Positions 36,643 to 44,529 of a DNA stretch of 64,000 nt are shown piece after piece. Numbering within the stretch: the stretch's first letter is position 1; each line of letters opens with the position of its first letter. The stretch covers positions 1 through 64,000 of the IMG/VR virus record IMGVR_UViG_3300028581_000022; one strand, written 5' to 3'. The position numbers and the translations under genes were made by a program. This DNA comes from a virus. Taxonomy: Duplodnaviria > Heunggongvirae > Uroviricota > Caudoviricetes. The notes under the pieces were generated by a model that worked only from the letters and a program-made list of their open reading frames with translations, was not told where the DNA came from and made no database searches.

Positions 36643-36680
36643 AAAATTTGGAAATCTCAAAAATTGTTCCGATATTTGCA
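36643..36680 (+). promoter_or_regulatory. variant promoter (CGATATTTGCA -7 box) within 70-bp repeat copy 1
   Basis: AAAATTTGGAAATCTCAAAAATTGTTCCGATATTTGCAC; repeat shared with 37295 and 37501. Confidence 0.55.
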
Positions 36681-36708
36681 CTATCGTTAACAATTAAACT
36701 TTTTTAAA

Positions 36709-37227
36709 ATGAACAAACAAACAATTATCGAAACTCTTATTAATGATGGCGGTTCAGCTACATTTGCTCAAATGACTGCAATAGTTGAAGAAAAACAACT
36801 TAAAACAAACAACCCATTAGCCAAAGCAAAGGTAACAAAGTTAGTTAGCTATAATATGCTACTTAATGCTAACTATACCAACATGGTAAACAACCGACTA
36901 AAAAAAGAAGGCAAAGAAGCTGATTTTCAAGCAAAAGAAAATTGGTTTGAGAAAGTAAACGATGGCTTTAATGGTAGTATCGTTTGCAATCGCAAAGATA
37001 CAACTGCCTTATATTTGTTTTTCGCTTGTAACAATGCCAAAACGCTAAAATACTTCGTTAATGGTATTGAAGCTACCGAGCAAGAAATCACCACTATTAA
37101 GCAATTTAAACCTGCACCAAGTAAGGCAACTAATCAAGGTGTTGAAAATGATGTAATAGTTAGAACTGTAAAGTTAGAAGGTATAAAAGAAATCACTTGC
37201 GGTGCAAAAGTAATGTTTGCTGAATAA
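36709..37227 (+). CDS. hypothetical protein
   Basis: 172 aa. Confidence 0.55.
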   Translation: MNKQTIIETLINDGGSATFAQMTAIVEEKQLKTNNPLAKAKVTKLVSYNMLLNANYTNMVNNRLKKEGKEADFQAKENWFEKVNDGFNGSIVCNRKDTTALYLFFACNNAKTLKYFVNGIEATEQEITTIKQFKPAPSKATNQGVENDVIVRTVKLEGIKEITCGAKVMFAE

Positions 37228-37240
37228 ACCACACACAAAG

Positions 37241-37280
37241 TTATCCACACTCTCAAAAAAGAGTGTGGATAAACTTTTTT
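37241..37280 (+). terminator. intrinsic terminator containing perfect DnaA-box sequence
   Basis: TTATCCACACTCT-caaaaaa-GAGTGTGGATAA + CTTTTTT. Confidence 0.55.
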
Positions 37281-37294
37281 AAAATAATTCATTT

Positions 37295-37333
37295 AAAATT
37301 TGGAAATCTCAAAAATTATTTCGATATTTGCAC
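37295..37333 (+). promoter_or_regulatory. variant promoter, repeat copy 2, driving sRNA B
   Basis: AAAATTTGGAAATCTCAAAAATTATTTCGATATTTGCAC; no ORF downstream on + strand. Confidence 0.55.
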
Positions 37334-37336
37334 TTG

Positions 37337-37405
37337 TCAATAAGACGTTACGTTTTTCAAAAGGGAACGGAAAGTATACTCCAACCTGGTTTTTATTTTT
37401 TTTAT
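37337..37405 (+). ncRNA. candidate small RNA B (homolog of sRNA A)
   Basis: AATAAGACG, then hairpin (CGTT..AACG), then conserved GTATACTCCAACCTGG and U-rich tail TTTTTATTTTTTTT. Confidence 0.45.
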
Positions 37406-37500
37406 ACATACACACGTGCGTAATATAATAAAAAAAATTGAAACTACAAAATAAAGTTATCAACACTATGTGCAAAAACTTTTTTTAAATAAAGTAACTT

Positions 37501-37539
37501 AAAATTTGGAAATCTCAAAAGTTATTTCGATATTTGCAC
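37501..37539 (+). promoter_or_regulatory. variant promoter, repeat copy 3
   Basis: AAAATTTGGAAATCTCAAAAGTTATTTCGATATTTGCAC. Confidence 0.55.
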
Positions 37540-37570
37540 TATCGTTAACAATTAAAAAACAAACAAACTT

Positions 37571-38455
37571 ATGAACAGCATTTTTGAAACAATCGAAACC
37601 CAAGTAAACCACATTGAAACCCTTAAAAGCCAAGTGCTACAAGCCAAAAAAATACAGCTACATAGCGGTATTGAAGGCTTTGATAGCCCCGAAGCCTTTG
37701 GTGTATATAAGCACACAGGCGGTAAACCTTTGGGCGTTGTTGGTAGCCAATTTGAGCCTATGAACTTACAGCTATTCTTAGATGCTATTGAACACAGCGT
37801 ATTGAATAGCGGTATTGACTTAGACCTTACCAAACTAACATATAACGAATACTATGGCGGTTCAAAAATTGCCTTTCGTTTGCCTTACAAAAAATACGAA
37901 ATCGAAACCCCTATGGTAGGCGATACGTTGGAAACCTCTTTAGAGTTCCGCACAGGCTTTGATGGTAAAACTAAAATGTCTTTAGGATTTTACTCTTTGC
38001 GCCTATGGTGTGCCAATGGTGCGAAAAATTGGCGCAAAGATGTTGACCTTGCTATGAAAAATACACAGGGCAATGTTAGCAAAATAGCCTACTTTACAAA
38101 CGAAATCGTTAAGGCTGCTGCTATGACTGAAAGCCATGTGCAACTTCTTAATAATGCCGCTTTAAAGTCAATCAGACAAGCCGATATTGACAAGTTTATG
38201 ACTGAATTAACAGGCTATGATGTTAAGGAATACAACGACCTTAACACTCGTAAGCGTAACATTTTAGACAGCATAAACCAAGCCGTTGCAATCGAAATGC
38301 AAAATACAGGTGCAAACCTCTTTAGCTTGTTGCAAGGTGTTACACGCTACACTACCCACAACCTCGCAGAAGGCAATATCGAAAGCATACTATATGCAAG
38401 GGCAAACGACCTTAACACGAAAGCCCACGAACTTGTATTTGCCGAACTAAACTAA
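37571..38455 (+). CDS. hypothetical protein
   Basis: 294 aa; longest gene of the promoter-per-gene region. Confidence 0.6.
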   Translation: MNSIFETIETQVNHIETLKSQVLQAKKIQLHSGIEGFDSPEAFGVYKHTGGKPLGVVGSQFEPMNLQLFLDAIEHSVLNSGIDLDLTKLTYNEYYGGSKIAFRLPYKKYEIETPMVGDTLETSLEFRTGFDGKTKMSLGFYSLRLWCANGAKNWRKDVDLAMKNTQGNVSKIAYFTNEIVKAAAMTESHVQLLNNAALKSIRQADIDKFMTELTGYDVKEYNDLNTRKRNILDSINQAVAIEMQNTGANLFSLLQGVTRYTTHNLAEGNIESILYARANDLNTKAHELVFAELN

Positions 38456-38477
38456 GGCAAACCAAACCGATAAAAGA

Positions 38478-38505
38478 AACCGCCCCTAAAAAGGCGGTTT
38501 TTTTG
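38478..38505 (+). terminator. intrinsic terminator
   Basis: AACCGCC-cctaaaaa-GGCGGTT + T7. Confidence 0.6.
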
Positions 38506-38611
38506 CTTTATAGCCACGTTTAACCCTTTGCCTATATCAATATACCAAAATAAAATAAAGTAGCTTAAAACGGCTTAAAATAGCCTATTTAACAAATAAA
38601 AAATATTTTCA

Positions 38612-38650
38612 AAAAATGTTTGTTTTTATGAATAATTTTACTATCTTTGC
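38612..38650 (+). promoter_or_regulatory. last early-type promoter, facing into the island
   Basis: ..AATAATTTTACTATCTTTGCACC. Confidence 0.45.
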
Positions 38651-38668
38651 ACCATGATAATAATATAA

Positions 38669-38730
38669 CCCCCCCCCGTACAGACCCCCCTACGTACCCC
38701 TACCCCGTTACCCCCCTTATATACCCCCCC
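38669..38730. repeat. poly-C tract cluster (C9, C6, C4, C4, C6, C7)
   Basis: AACCCCCCCCCGTACAGACCCCCCTACGTACCCCTACCCCGTTACCCCCCTTATATACCCCCCC in a ~30% GC genome. Confidence 0.7.
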
Positions 38731-38774
38731 GTTGCCATGCTATATAGGGGCCATGATGCTGTAAATAAAATTTT

Positions 38775-38950
38775 TGGGAAATTTTTGAAATTGATTTTTA
38801 ACCACCCCCTTTTTTCAAAAAATTTTTTTCCAGATTTTTTCGGTTTAAATTTTTAACCCCTATTTTTCAAAAAATTTTTTTCCAGATTTTTTCGGTTTAA
38901 ATTTTTAACCCCCTATTTTTCAAAAAATTTTTTTCCAGATTTTTTTTGGA
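38775..38950. repeat. ~52-bp tandem repeat, about 3.4 copies
   Basis: unit AACCCC(C)TATTTTTCAAAAAATTTTTTTCCAGATTTTTTCGGTTTAAATTTTT repeated head-to-tail immediately upstream of ORF 38963. Confidence 0.7.
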
Positions 38951-38962
38951 TATTTATATAAC

Positions 38963-39487
38963 ATGAAGATTGGTAAGATATATGATAGTGTATTAAGGGA
39001 GGTAGGTTCAGATGTATATGAGCTTATAAAGACTGAGTATTCCAAATCTAGGTTAATAATGTCTAAGGATAATAAAATAGACTTTAGGTCTACACCAATA
39101 GGTAATCAAGAGGTTGGATTTAAGCCTAGGGGTTTATGGTATGGTATAGGGTCATCATGGATTGATTGGGTTAGGAGTGAGATGCCAGCATGGGAATCGG
39201 AAAATGTATTTAAGATTGGCATAAATGAATCTAGTATTAAGATTATTAGGGGTTATGATGAATTGGTTGAATTTGACAAGGAATATGGTGTACCTTTTAA
39301 CTTTGGTTATAAGAAATATACAAATATAGATTGGGGTAAAGTTGCTAATGATTATGGTGGGATTGAGATTGTGCCATATATTTATGAAGCTAGAAGGAAG
39401 ATTGACTGGTATTATGGTTGGGATGTTGCGAGTGGTTGTATATGGGGAAATGGGGTTATAAATAAAATAGAGAGATTAAATAAATAA
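38963..39487 (+). CDS. hypothetical protein (island gene 1; purine-rich AGG/GGG/AAG codon bias)
   Basis: 174 aa; codon usage differs from rest of window. Confidence 0.5.
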   Translation: MKIGKIYDSVLREVGSDVYELIKTEYSKSRLIMSKDNKIDFRSTPIGNQEVGFKPRGLWYGIGSSWIDWVRSEMPAWESENVFKIGINESSIKIIRGYDELVEFDKEYGVPFNFGYKKYTNIDWGKVANDYGGIEIVPYIYEARRKIDWYYGWDVASGCIWGNGVINKIERLNK

Positions 39488-39488
39488 T

Positions 39489-39815
39489 ATGAAAGAATAT
39501 ATAAAAGGTTTATTAAGGGAGTCTATTGACAAGTTTGATGAGTTTGCAAAGACGAGAGAGAAGGGTGCTAGCAAGATTGCGGATACTGCGAAGGAAAAGG
39601 GTGGTTATTCATTATTAACATGGCATCACTTCAAGGTTAAGTTACCATATTACAAGAAGGCTGGTGAGGGCAAGTTTGATTTGGGGTCTGCGAAGAAGGA
39701 GTTTATGGAGACGTATAAGAAGATTAATATGGATATGGGTCAGATTGAGTTTCAGAGGGAGATGGGTCGTCTTGAGGTATTGGGTGAATTAATAATAAAG
39801 AATGTAAAGAAATAA
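39489..39815 (+). CDS. hypothetical protein (island gene 2)
   Basis: 108 aa, starts 2 nt after previous stop. Confidence 0.5.
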   Translation: MKEYIKGLLRESIDKFDEFAKTREKGASKIADTAKEKGGYSLLTWHHFKVKLPYYKKAGEGKFDLGSAKKEFMETYKKINMDMGQIEFQREMGRLEVLGELIIKNVKK

Positions 39816-39819
39816 AAAA

Positions 39820-39846
39820 AGCCTAGTATTATCTAGGTTTTTTTGT
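39820..39846 (+). terminator. intrinsic terminator
   Basis: CCTAG-tattat-CTAGG + T7. Confidence 0.5.
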
Positions 39847-39949
39847 TTATTGTTATTAATAGGTGTTTAGTTTATATCTTTATAAATAGCGTATAGAAAA
39901 AACTAGAATAAAAAATTTTTTACGATATAATTTTCGTATATTTATTGGT

Positions 39950-40423
39950 ATGGGAAGATATAACTATACTAAGAGTTTAGAGAATTTAACACATTGGGCT
40001 AACAAGGAGGGTTATTCCATAAATTTTGACCATGATAGTATATCTTATATAAATTGGGCGGATGGCACATTAAATTGGCCGAAGGAGATTATGATTGAGT
40101 CCAAATATACTACAGAGATAAAGGTTTACATATTATTGCATGAGCTGGGACACCATCAGTTAAGGAAGGATTGGAATATATTTGAGAGGGAGATGCCAAT
40201 ATTGGCTCATGCTGAAAAGGTTCATTTTTACAAGAACGTATCCAAGTATAAGCGAAGGATTGATTATATTGTTTCCAGCTTAGAGGAGGAGTTCAAAGCG
40301 TGGGATGAAGGGTATAAATTGGGGATTTTACTTGGGGTAAGGATAAATGAAAAGAAGTGGCATGATATAAGGAGCAAGTGTTTATTTGCGTATATGAAGT
40401 ATTATTCTGAGAAAAAAAGATAG
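39950..40423 (+). CDS. ImmA/IrrE-like HExxH metallopeptidase-motif protein
   Basis: 157 aa; IKVYILLHELGHHQL..ILAHAEKV resembles the ImmA/IrrE-family motif. Confidence 0.4.
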   Translation: MGRYNYTKSLENLTHWANKEGYSINFDHDSISYINWADGTLNWPKEIMIESKYTTEIKVYILLHELGHHQLRKDWNIFEREMPILAHAEKVHFYKNVSKYKRRIDYIVSSLEEEFKAWDEGYKLGILLGVRINEKKWHDIRSKCLFAYMKYYSEKKR

Positions 40424-40486
40424 GAAAAATATTTGGAGAATTGGAAAAGTTTTTATACCTTTGTGTAAAACATTAAATCATATAGC

Positions 40487-41869
40487 ATGACAAAGTTATT
40501 AACTGAACCAAGGGTTATCAAAGAAATCAAGGAAGTCAAGCCCAAGAAGAGGGTAAAGAAAAAGGCAGATGGTGAGAAGAGTGTTTGTACAAGTCATAAG
40601 GTATTGTATGAATCCAGCAACAATGAGGTAAATGAATTATTTAGGGTTTACAAGGAGAACCGATTAAAGGCTAGGGTGAAGTTTTTCAACAAAGGCAGGG
40701 GTTATTTTTCGTTTAGGCGGCTTGTATTATTTGAATTTGATAATGGTGATTTTGAGGTGTGTAGTTTTACTACTTCTTTTGGGATTAGCACGACCAATAA
40801 AATATATAGTTCTCAGAAGAAGGATGCCAGCATTATATATGTGAAAAATAAATTTTGGGTTAACCAGAACAAGAATTTTCAGCCATTAACATTTGGCAAT
40901 CTAACTATTTTCATCAATAACCATGAGAACATCTATGTTTATGGTGAAAATGATGGCAATATAAAAAAGTCAAAGATTTATGATTATTTTTACAATCGTT
41001 TTCATTGGTTCAAGACCGTTCATGAGAGCAAGGTTTCACGTAGTTTAACATTCAACAAGGTTGTTGAGGATGAGTTATTCAAGTTAAAGGACATGACACG
41101 GCAAGTGCTTGGGGTTCATCACAAGTTGGGCATGATGATTGCTGAGAGCAAGACATTTAAACAAATGGTATCTGAGTCTGGCAAAGGGGTAAAGCATTGG
41201 AAGGAGCTTATGAAGTCATTGGATGGGGTGGACCTTTTGACTGATGAGATGATTAATTCACCTTATTTTTATGATACGTGTAAAATGGCTAGGACTCTTG
41301 GAAGGAAGGTTAATTGCAAATGGGGATTAAAGAGATTAAAGGAGGAGCATGATACATGGGCCAAGGAGATTACTAGGATTATCTTGGAATGTGAGTTGGA
41401 GTATGATTTGAATATACGTCCTATTTACAAGGCTTTTGCTGAGTATTCTGGGTTCAACTTATTATCTACCAACAAAGATATGTTGGCTGAAGGTATGATT
41501 CAGAATCATTGTGTTGGTACGTATATCAACAAGGTTGAGAAGGGGCAGTGTGCTATATATCATGTTGACGGTTATACATTGGAATTATCTCATGTAACTG
41601 AGAGTTTTCAGGTAAAGGAGAGTTATGAGGGTGGAATTCCAACGTATAGGAATGTTGAGAAGAAGGTATTAAAGAATGTTCAGTTTAGGGGAAAATATAA
41701 TGCTGAAGCACCTAAAGAGTTAAATGATAGGGTAAATAAGATGTTGATAGATTTTATGATTAGCAAAGAGATGGAACTGGCTGAAGAGAGTGATAAATTC
41801 TATTTGATTAAATATAATAACAACGTTGTTCAAGTGAATGCGGTTGAGGAGCTTGACAATATATTTTGA
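40487..41869 (+). CDS. large hypothetical protein (possibly PcfJ-like C-terminal region)
   Basis: 460 aa; C-terminal HCVGTYINKVEKGQCAIYHV; from memory only, low confidence. Confidence 0.4.
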   Translation: MTKLLTEPRVIKEIKEVKPKKRVKKKADGEKSVCTSHKVLYESSNNEVNELFRVYKENRLKARVKFFNKGRGYFSFRRLVLFEFDNGDFEVCSFTTSFGISTTNKIYSSQKKDASIIYVKNKFWVNQNKNFQPLTFGNLTIFINNHENIYVYGENDGNIKKSKIYDYFYNRFHWFKTVHESKVSRSLTFNKVVEDELFKLKDMTRQVLGVHHKLGMMIAESKTFKQMVSESGKGVKHWKELMKSLDGVDLLTDEMINSPYFYDTCKMARTLGRKVNCKWGLKRLKEEHDTWAKEITRIILECELEYDLNIRPIYKAFAEYSGFNLLSTNKDMLAEGMIQNHCVGTYINKVEKGQCAIYHVDGYTLELSHVTESFQVKESYEGGIPTYRNVEKKVLKNVQFRGKYNAEAPKELNDRVNKMLIDFMISKEMELAEESDKFYLIKYNNNVVQVNAVEELDNIF

Positions 41870-41879
41870 GGGTTTTAAA

Positions 41880-41910
41880 ATAAAAGGGGTGTAAATCACC
41901 CCTTTTTTTG
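41880..41910. terminator. bidirectional intrinsic terminator between convergent operons
   Basis: GGGGTG-taaat-CACCCC flanked by A-run and T7. Confidence 0.6.
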
Positions 41911-42663
41911 TCTTGCTAATGCAGCTGCTCTTCTATCCATTGCTGCTTGTTGTCTTTTTTCAAATTCGGCAGCTTTTTCTGGGTCTATTGAGAGTGTTTG
42001 TTTTTGTTGTGGTTCTTCACCAGTTTCCAAGTATTTGAACCATTCATCATCTCTAAGTCTTCTACCTAATTTTGTTTCTAGGTCTTTTTTAAGTTTATGT
42101 TGCGCTTGTTTGTCGGTCATTTTTTCTTTTGATATTTGGGCGGACTTTTCATCACCATAACCAGCATCACCATAAAAGTCTAGGATTTCATATTTAAAGA
42201 TTATTAGTGCTTTATTGGCAGCATCTTCAGCTGGGCTTGCTCCAACGCTAAACTTATCATTTGGAAGTCTTTTACCAGCTTTTACGAAGCAATATCTAGC
42301 TATATTTTGAAATGAATTACATGTACCCACATCGCTAGGTCTAAAAGGAGTGTCTAGTTGTTGCATATCAGCGCTGGCTCTGATGTGTTTTGTTTTTATT
42401 TGGCCATCGTGTCTAAATTCTACTTGATAGAAACCTTCTCCATCATCTGGCAGCATAAAGTATTTATCATCACCAGTGTTTTGTTTATATTCAGTAGCTA
42501 CGCTAGCTGCTTTTGCCATTCTATACCTAATTTTATTTATGTCTAGTTTATAGGATGGTTTATTAAGACTTGAGTATGCGCCAGCTGCTTTAAGTTCTTC
42601 TTTGTCGCTATATGGCAAATATTTTATAGCTTCGTGTAACCTTTTTCTAATAAAGTCTTTCAT
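41896..42663 (-). CDS. unknown 255-aa partner protein, downstream gene of nucleotidyltransferase operon
   Basis: No TM segments and no recognisable catalytic motif; highly charged C-terminal tail; start overlaps upstream gene stop (ATGA). Confidence 0.5.
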   Translation of the reverse strand: MKDFIRKRLHEAIKYLPYSDKEELKAAGAYSSLNKPSYKLDINKIRYRMAKAASVATEYKQNTGDDKYFMLPDDGEGFYQVEFRHDGQIKTKHIRASADMQQLDTPFRPSDVGTCNSFQNIARYCFVKAGKRLPNDKFSVGASPAEDAANKALIIFKYEILDFYGDAGYGDEKSAQISKEKMTDKQAQHKLKKDLETKLGRRLRDDEWFKYLETGEEPQQKQTLSIDPEKAAEFEKRQQAAMDRRAAALARQKKG

Positions 42664-43730
42664 AGTTTTACGTCTTTTTCATCTACTTTAATTAGGTTGC
42701 TTATTCTTTTGCTATATGTTTGTAGGTTATTAAGAGTTACGAACAAATTCTTTCTATCGGCTGATATATTTTTCACATAATATGTTTTAGGGTCATTTTT
42801 AAATTGGACTTTGGAGTTTTTACCTATTCTATATTTTGCTATTATTTGTTCTTCTTTACTAGATATATTTTCGTTTACATTTTCAACTACTGACATAAGG
42901 TTATCATATGATTTGGCTTTATAGCTATCTAAGATATCCATGAATGGTGTTCTTCTAAGTACTTTAAACACTAGGTTTTCGTAACTATATTCACCACCGC
43001 TTTCCAAGCCAGCTTTTCTCATATTTTTTATTTTGTTTTTAAGTTTTGTAACTTTATCAACAACGGTTTGATATTTTTTATCTTGATAATCTTGACGAAT
43101 ATCTTTAAGGTAGTGAATATATTTTTCGGCACCGTCTTTGATTGCTTTTTTATCCACATCAAATTTTTCACGTTTTGGTTTTTTAACCCATTTATCACGT
43201 AGAACTGAATAAACGGCATTGGCAAGCAGTTCATGATTTACGTCTTGAACGTAGAGTTCAACTGGGTAATCAAAGACTGTTATATCGTGTTCTTGGTTCC
43301 ATATTGATTTCTGTGCATAGAAAAAATCATATACTAATTTTTGGTCGGCATCAAATTGTTTAAAATCTAGAACTATATGAAGGTCAATATCTGAGAACTT
43401 TGACCAATTATAGTTTGCTAAGCTACCAGTAAAAATAATATCTTTGATTTTTATACCTTTTGGAAGTTCTATATCTCTCATAAAGTTTTTGGCGATATCA
43501 ACTAGATTTGTTCTAACTTTTGGGTTAAGTTTATCATCTTGCCAAATATCTTTATTAAGAGAATCTTTAATTTTAAAGCTATTTAGAACGTCTTTTGGTA
43601 TTTTTATTTCTTTTGAGATGTTATCATCTATGGTTGAAGCCAAAGCATCTATCTCATCCAATTGTTGTATTGGGTGGATAATTTGTTGATTTTCAACTAA
43701 TAATGATTTATTTGCTCTAAAAAATTTCAT
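42660..43730 (-). CDS. Pol-beta-superfamily nucleotidyltransferase (cGAS/DncV-like or other minimal-NTase fold), 356 aa
   Basis: FTGSLANYNWSKFSDIDLHIVLDF = h-G-S-x9-D-h-D-h active-site signature, with candidate third acidic residue in VELYVQDV ~55 aa later; ~100-aa N-terminal extension. Confidence 0.55.
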   Translation of the reverse strand: MKFFRANKSLLVENQQIIHPIQQLDEIDALASTIDDNISKEIKIPKDVLNSFKIKDSLNKDIWQDDKLNPKVRTNLVDIAKNFMRDIELPKGIKIKDIIFTGSLANYNWSKFSDIDLHIVLDFKQFDADQKLVYDFFYAQKSIWNQEHDITVFDYPVELYVQDVNHELLANAVYSVLRDKWVKKPKREKFDVDKKAIKDGAEKYIHYLKDIRQDYQDKKYQTVVDKVTKLKNKIKNMRKAGLESGGEYSYENLVFKVLRRTPFMDILDSYKAKSYDNLMSVVENVNENISSKEEQIIAKYRIGKNSKVQFKNDPKTYYVKNISADRKNLFVTLNNLQTYSKRISNLIKVDEKDVKL

Positions 43731-43836
43731 TTGTGTGTAAGTTTTCTCTATAAATATTTTTGAAAAGCAAATTGTTCAATATTTAAAAATATTAATTTCT
43801 TAACACAATTGATTAGTTGAGCTTCTATTTATATTC

Positions 43837-44529
43837 ATGGAATTATCTATTATCATACCTTGTAAAAATGAAGAGAAATATATCGGTAATTTATTAACCT
43901 CTATACTTCGCCAAGAATTACCAATTTCATATGAAATAATTATTGCTGATGCAAACTCTACTGATAAAACCTTGATGGTTGTTGAGGAATATAAAAACTT
44001 TTTACCTATAAGAGTTATCAAAGGAGGTTTACCAAGCATTGGGAGAAACAATGGTGTCATGGAAGCCTCTGGTGATATTTTTCTTTTTTTGGATTCTGAT
44101 TGCTATTTTAACGACAAAAATATTATATTTGAAGCGGTTAAATCAATTAACTCTGGCAATGATTTAGTTGGGGTTTTATTGGATAGTGATAGTAATTTAA
44201 GAGTAAAGTTGTTATATTACCTGACCAATATTATTGTTTTGTTATCTAAATTAGACAAACCTTTTGTTGTTGGTGGATTCTTGATGATTAGAAAAGATAC
44301 CTTTCAAAATATTGGTGGTTTTGACGAAGATTTGATGCACTGTGAAGATTATTTTTTGAGTAAAAATGTAAAACCTAGCAAATTTAAGTTATTAAAAAGA
44401 AGGGTTTATTTTGATGATAGACGTTTTAAAAAAGTTGGAATCAACAGTTTTGTCTTTTATTTCATAAAAAATTTAATCAATAAAAATAATAAAGAATACT
44501 TTAAAAAAGACATTGGCTATTGGTCATGA
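43837..44529 (+). CDS. family-2 glycosyltransferase
   Basis: SIIIPCKNEEKYI, IIIADANSTDKT, LFLDSDC (DxD) motifs. Confidence 0.75.
   Translation: MELSIIIPCKNEEKYIGNLLTSILRQELPISYEIIIADANSTDKTLMVVEEYKNFLPIRVIKGGLPSIGRNNGVMEASGDIFLFLDSDCYFNDKNIIFEAVKSINSGNDLVGVLLDSDSNLRVKLLYYLTNIIVLLSKLDKPFVVGGFLMIRKDTFQNIGGFDEDLMHCEDYFLSKNVKPSKFKLLKRRVYFDDRRFKKVGINSFVFYFIKNLINKNNKEYFKKDIGYWS

Noticed and set aside
37241-37272. Perfect DnaA box TTATCCACA and its inverse, as a replication origin
   Set aside because: They form the two arms of an intrinsic terminator hairpin after gene 36709..37227. It is probably a coincidence of a palindromic terminator, though noted alongside the TTATCAACA boxes.
38647-38856. 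69-aa Pro-rich ORF (MHHDNNITPPRTDPPTYPYPVTP..)
   Set aside because: Artefact of translating the poly-C tracts and tandem repeat. No promoter-to-start logic, and composition is incompatible with the genome's codon usage.
38775-38950. 52-bp tandem repeats considered as a CRISPR array
   Set aside because: Repeats are directly adjacent with no unique spacers between them. They are AT-rich non-palindromic units, so a tandem repeat, not CRISPR.
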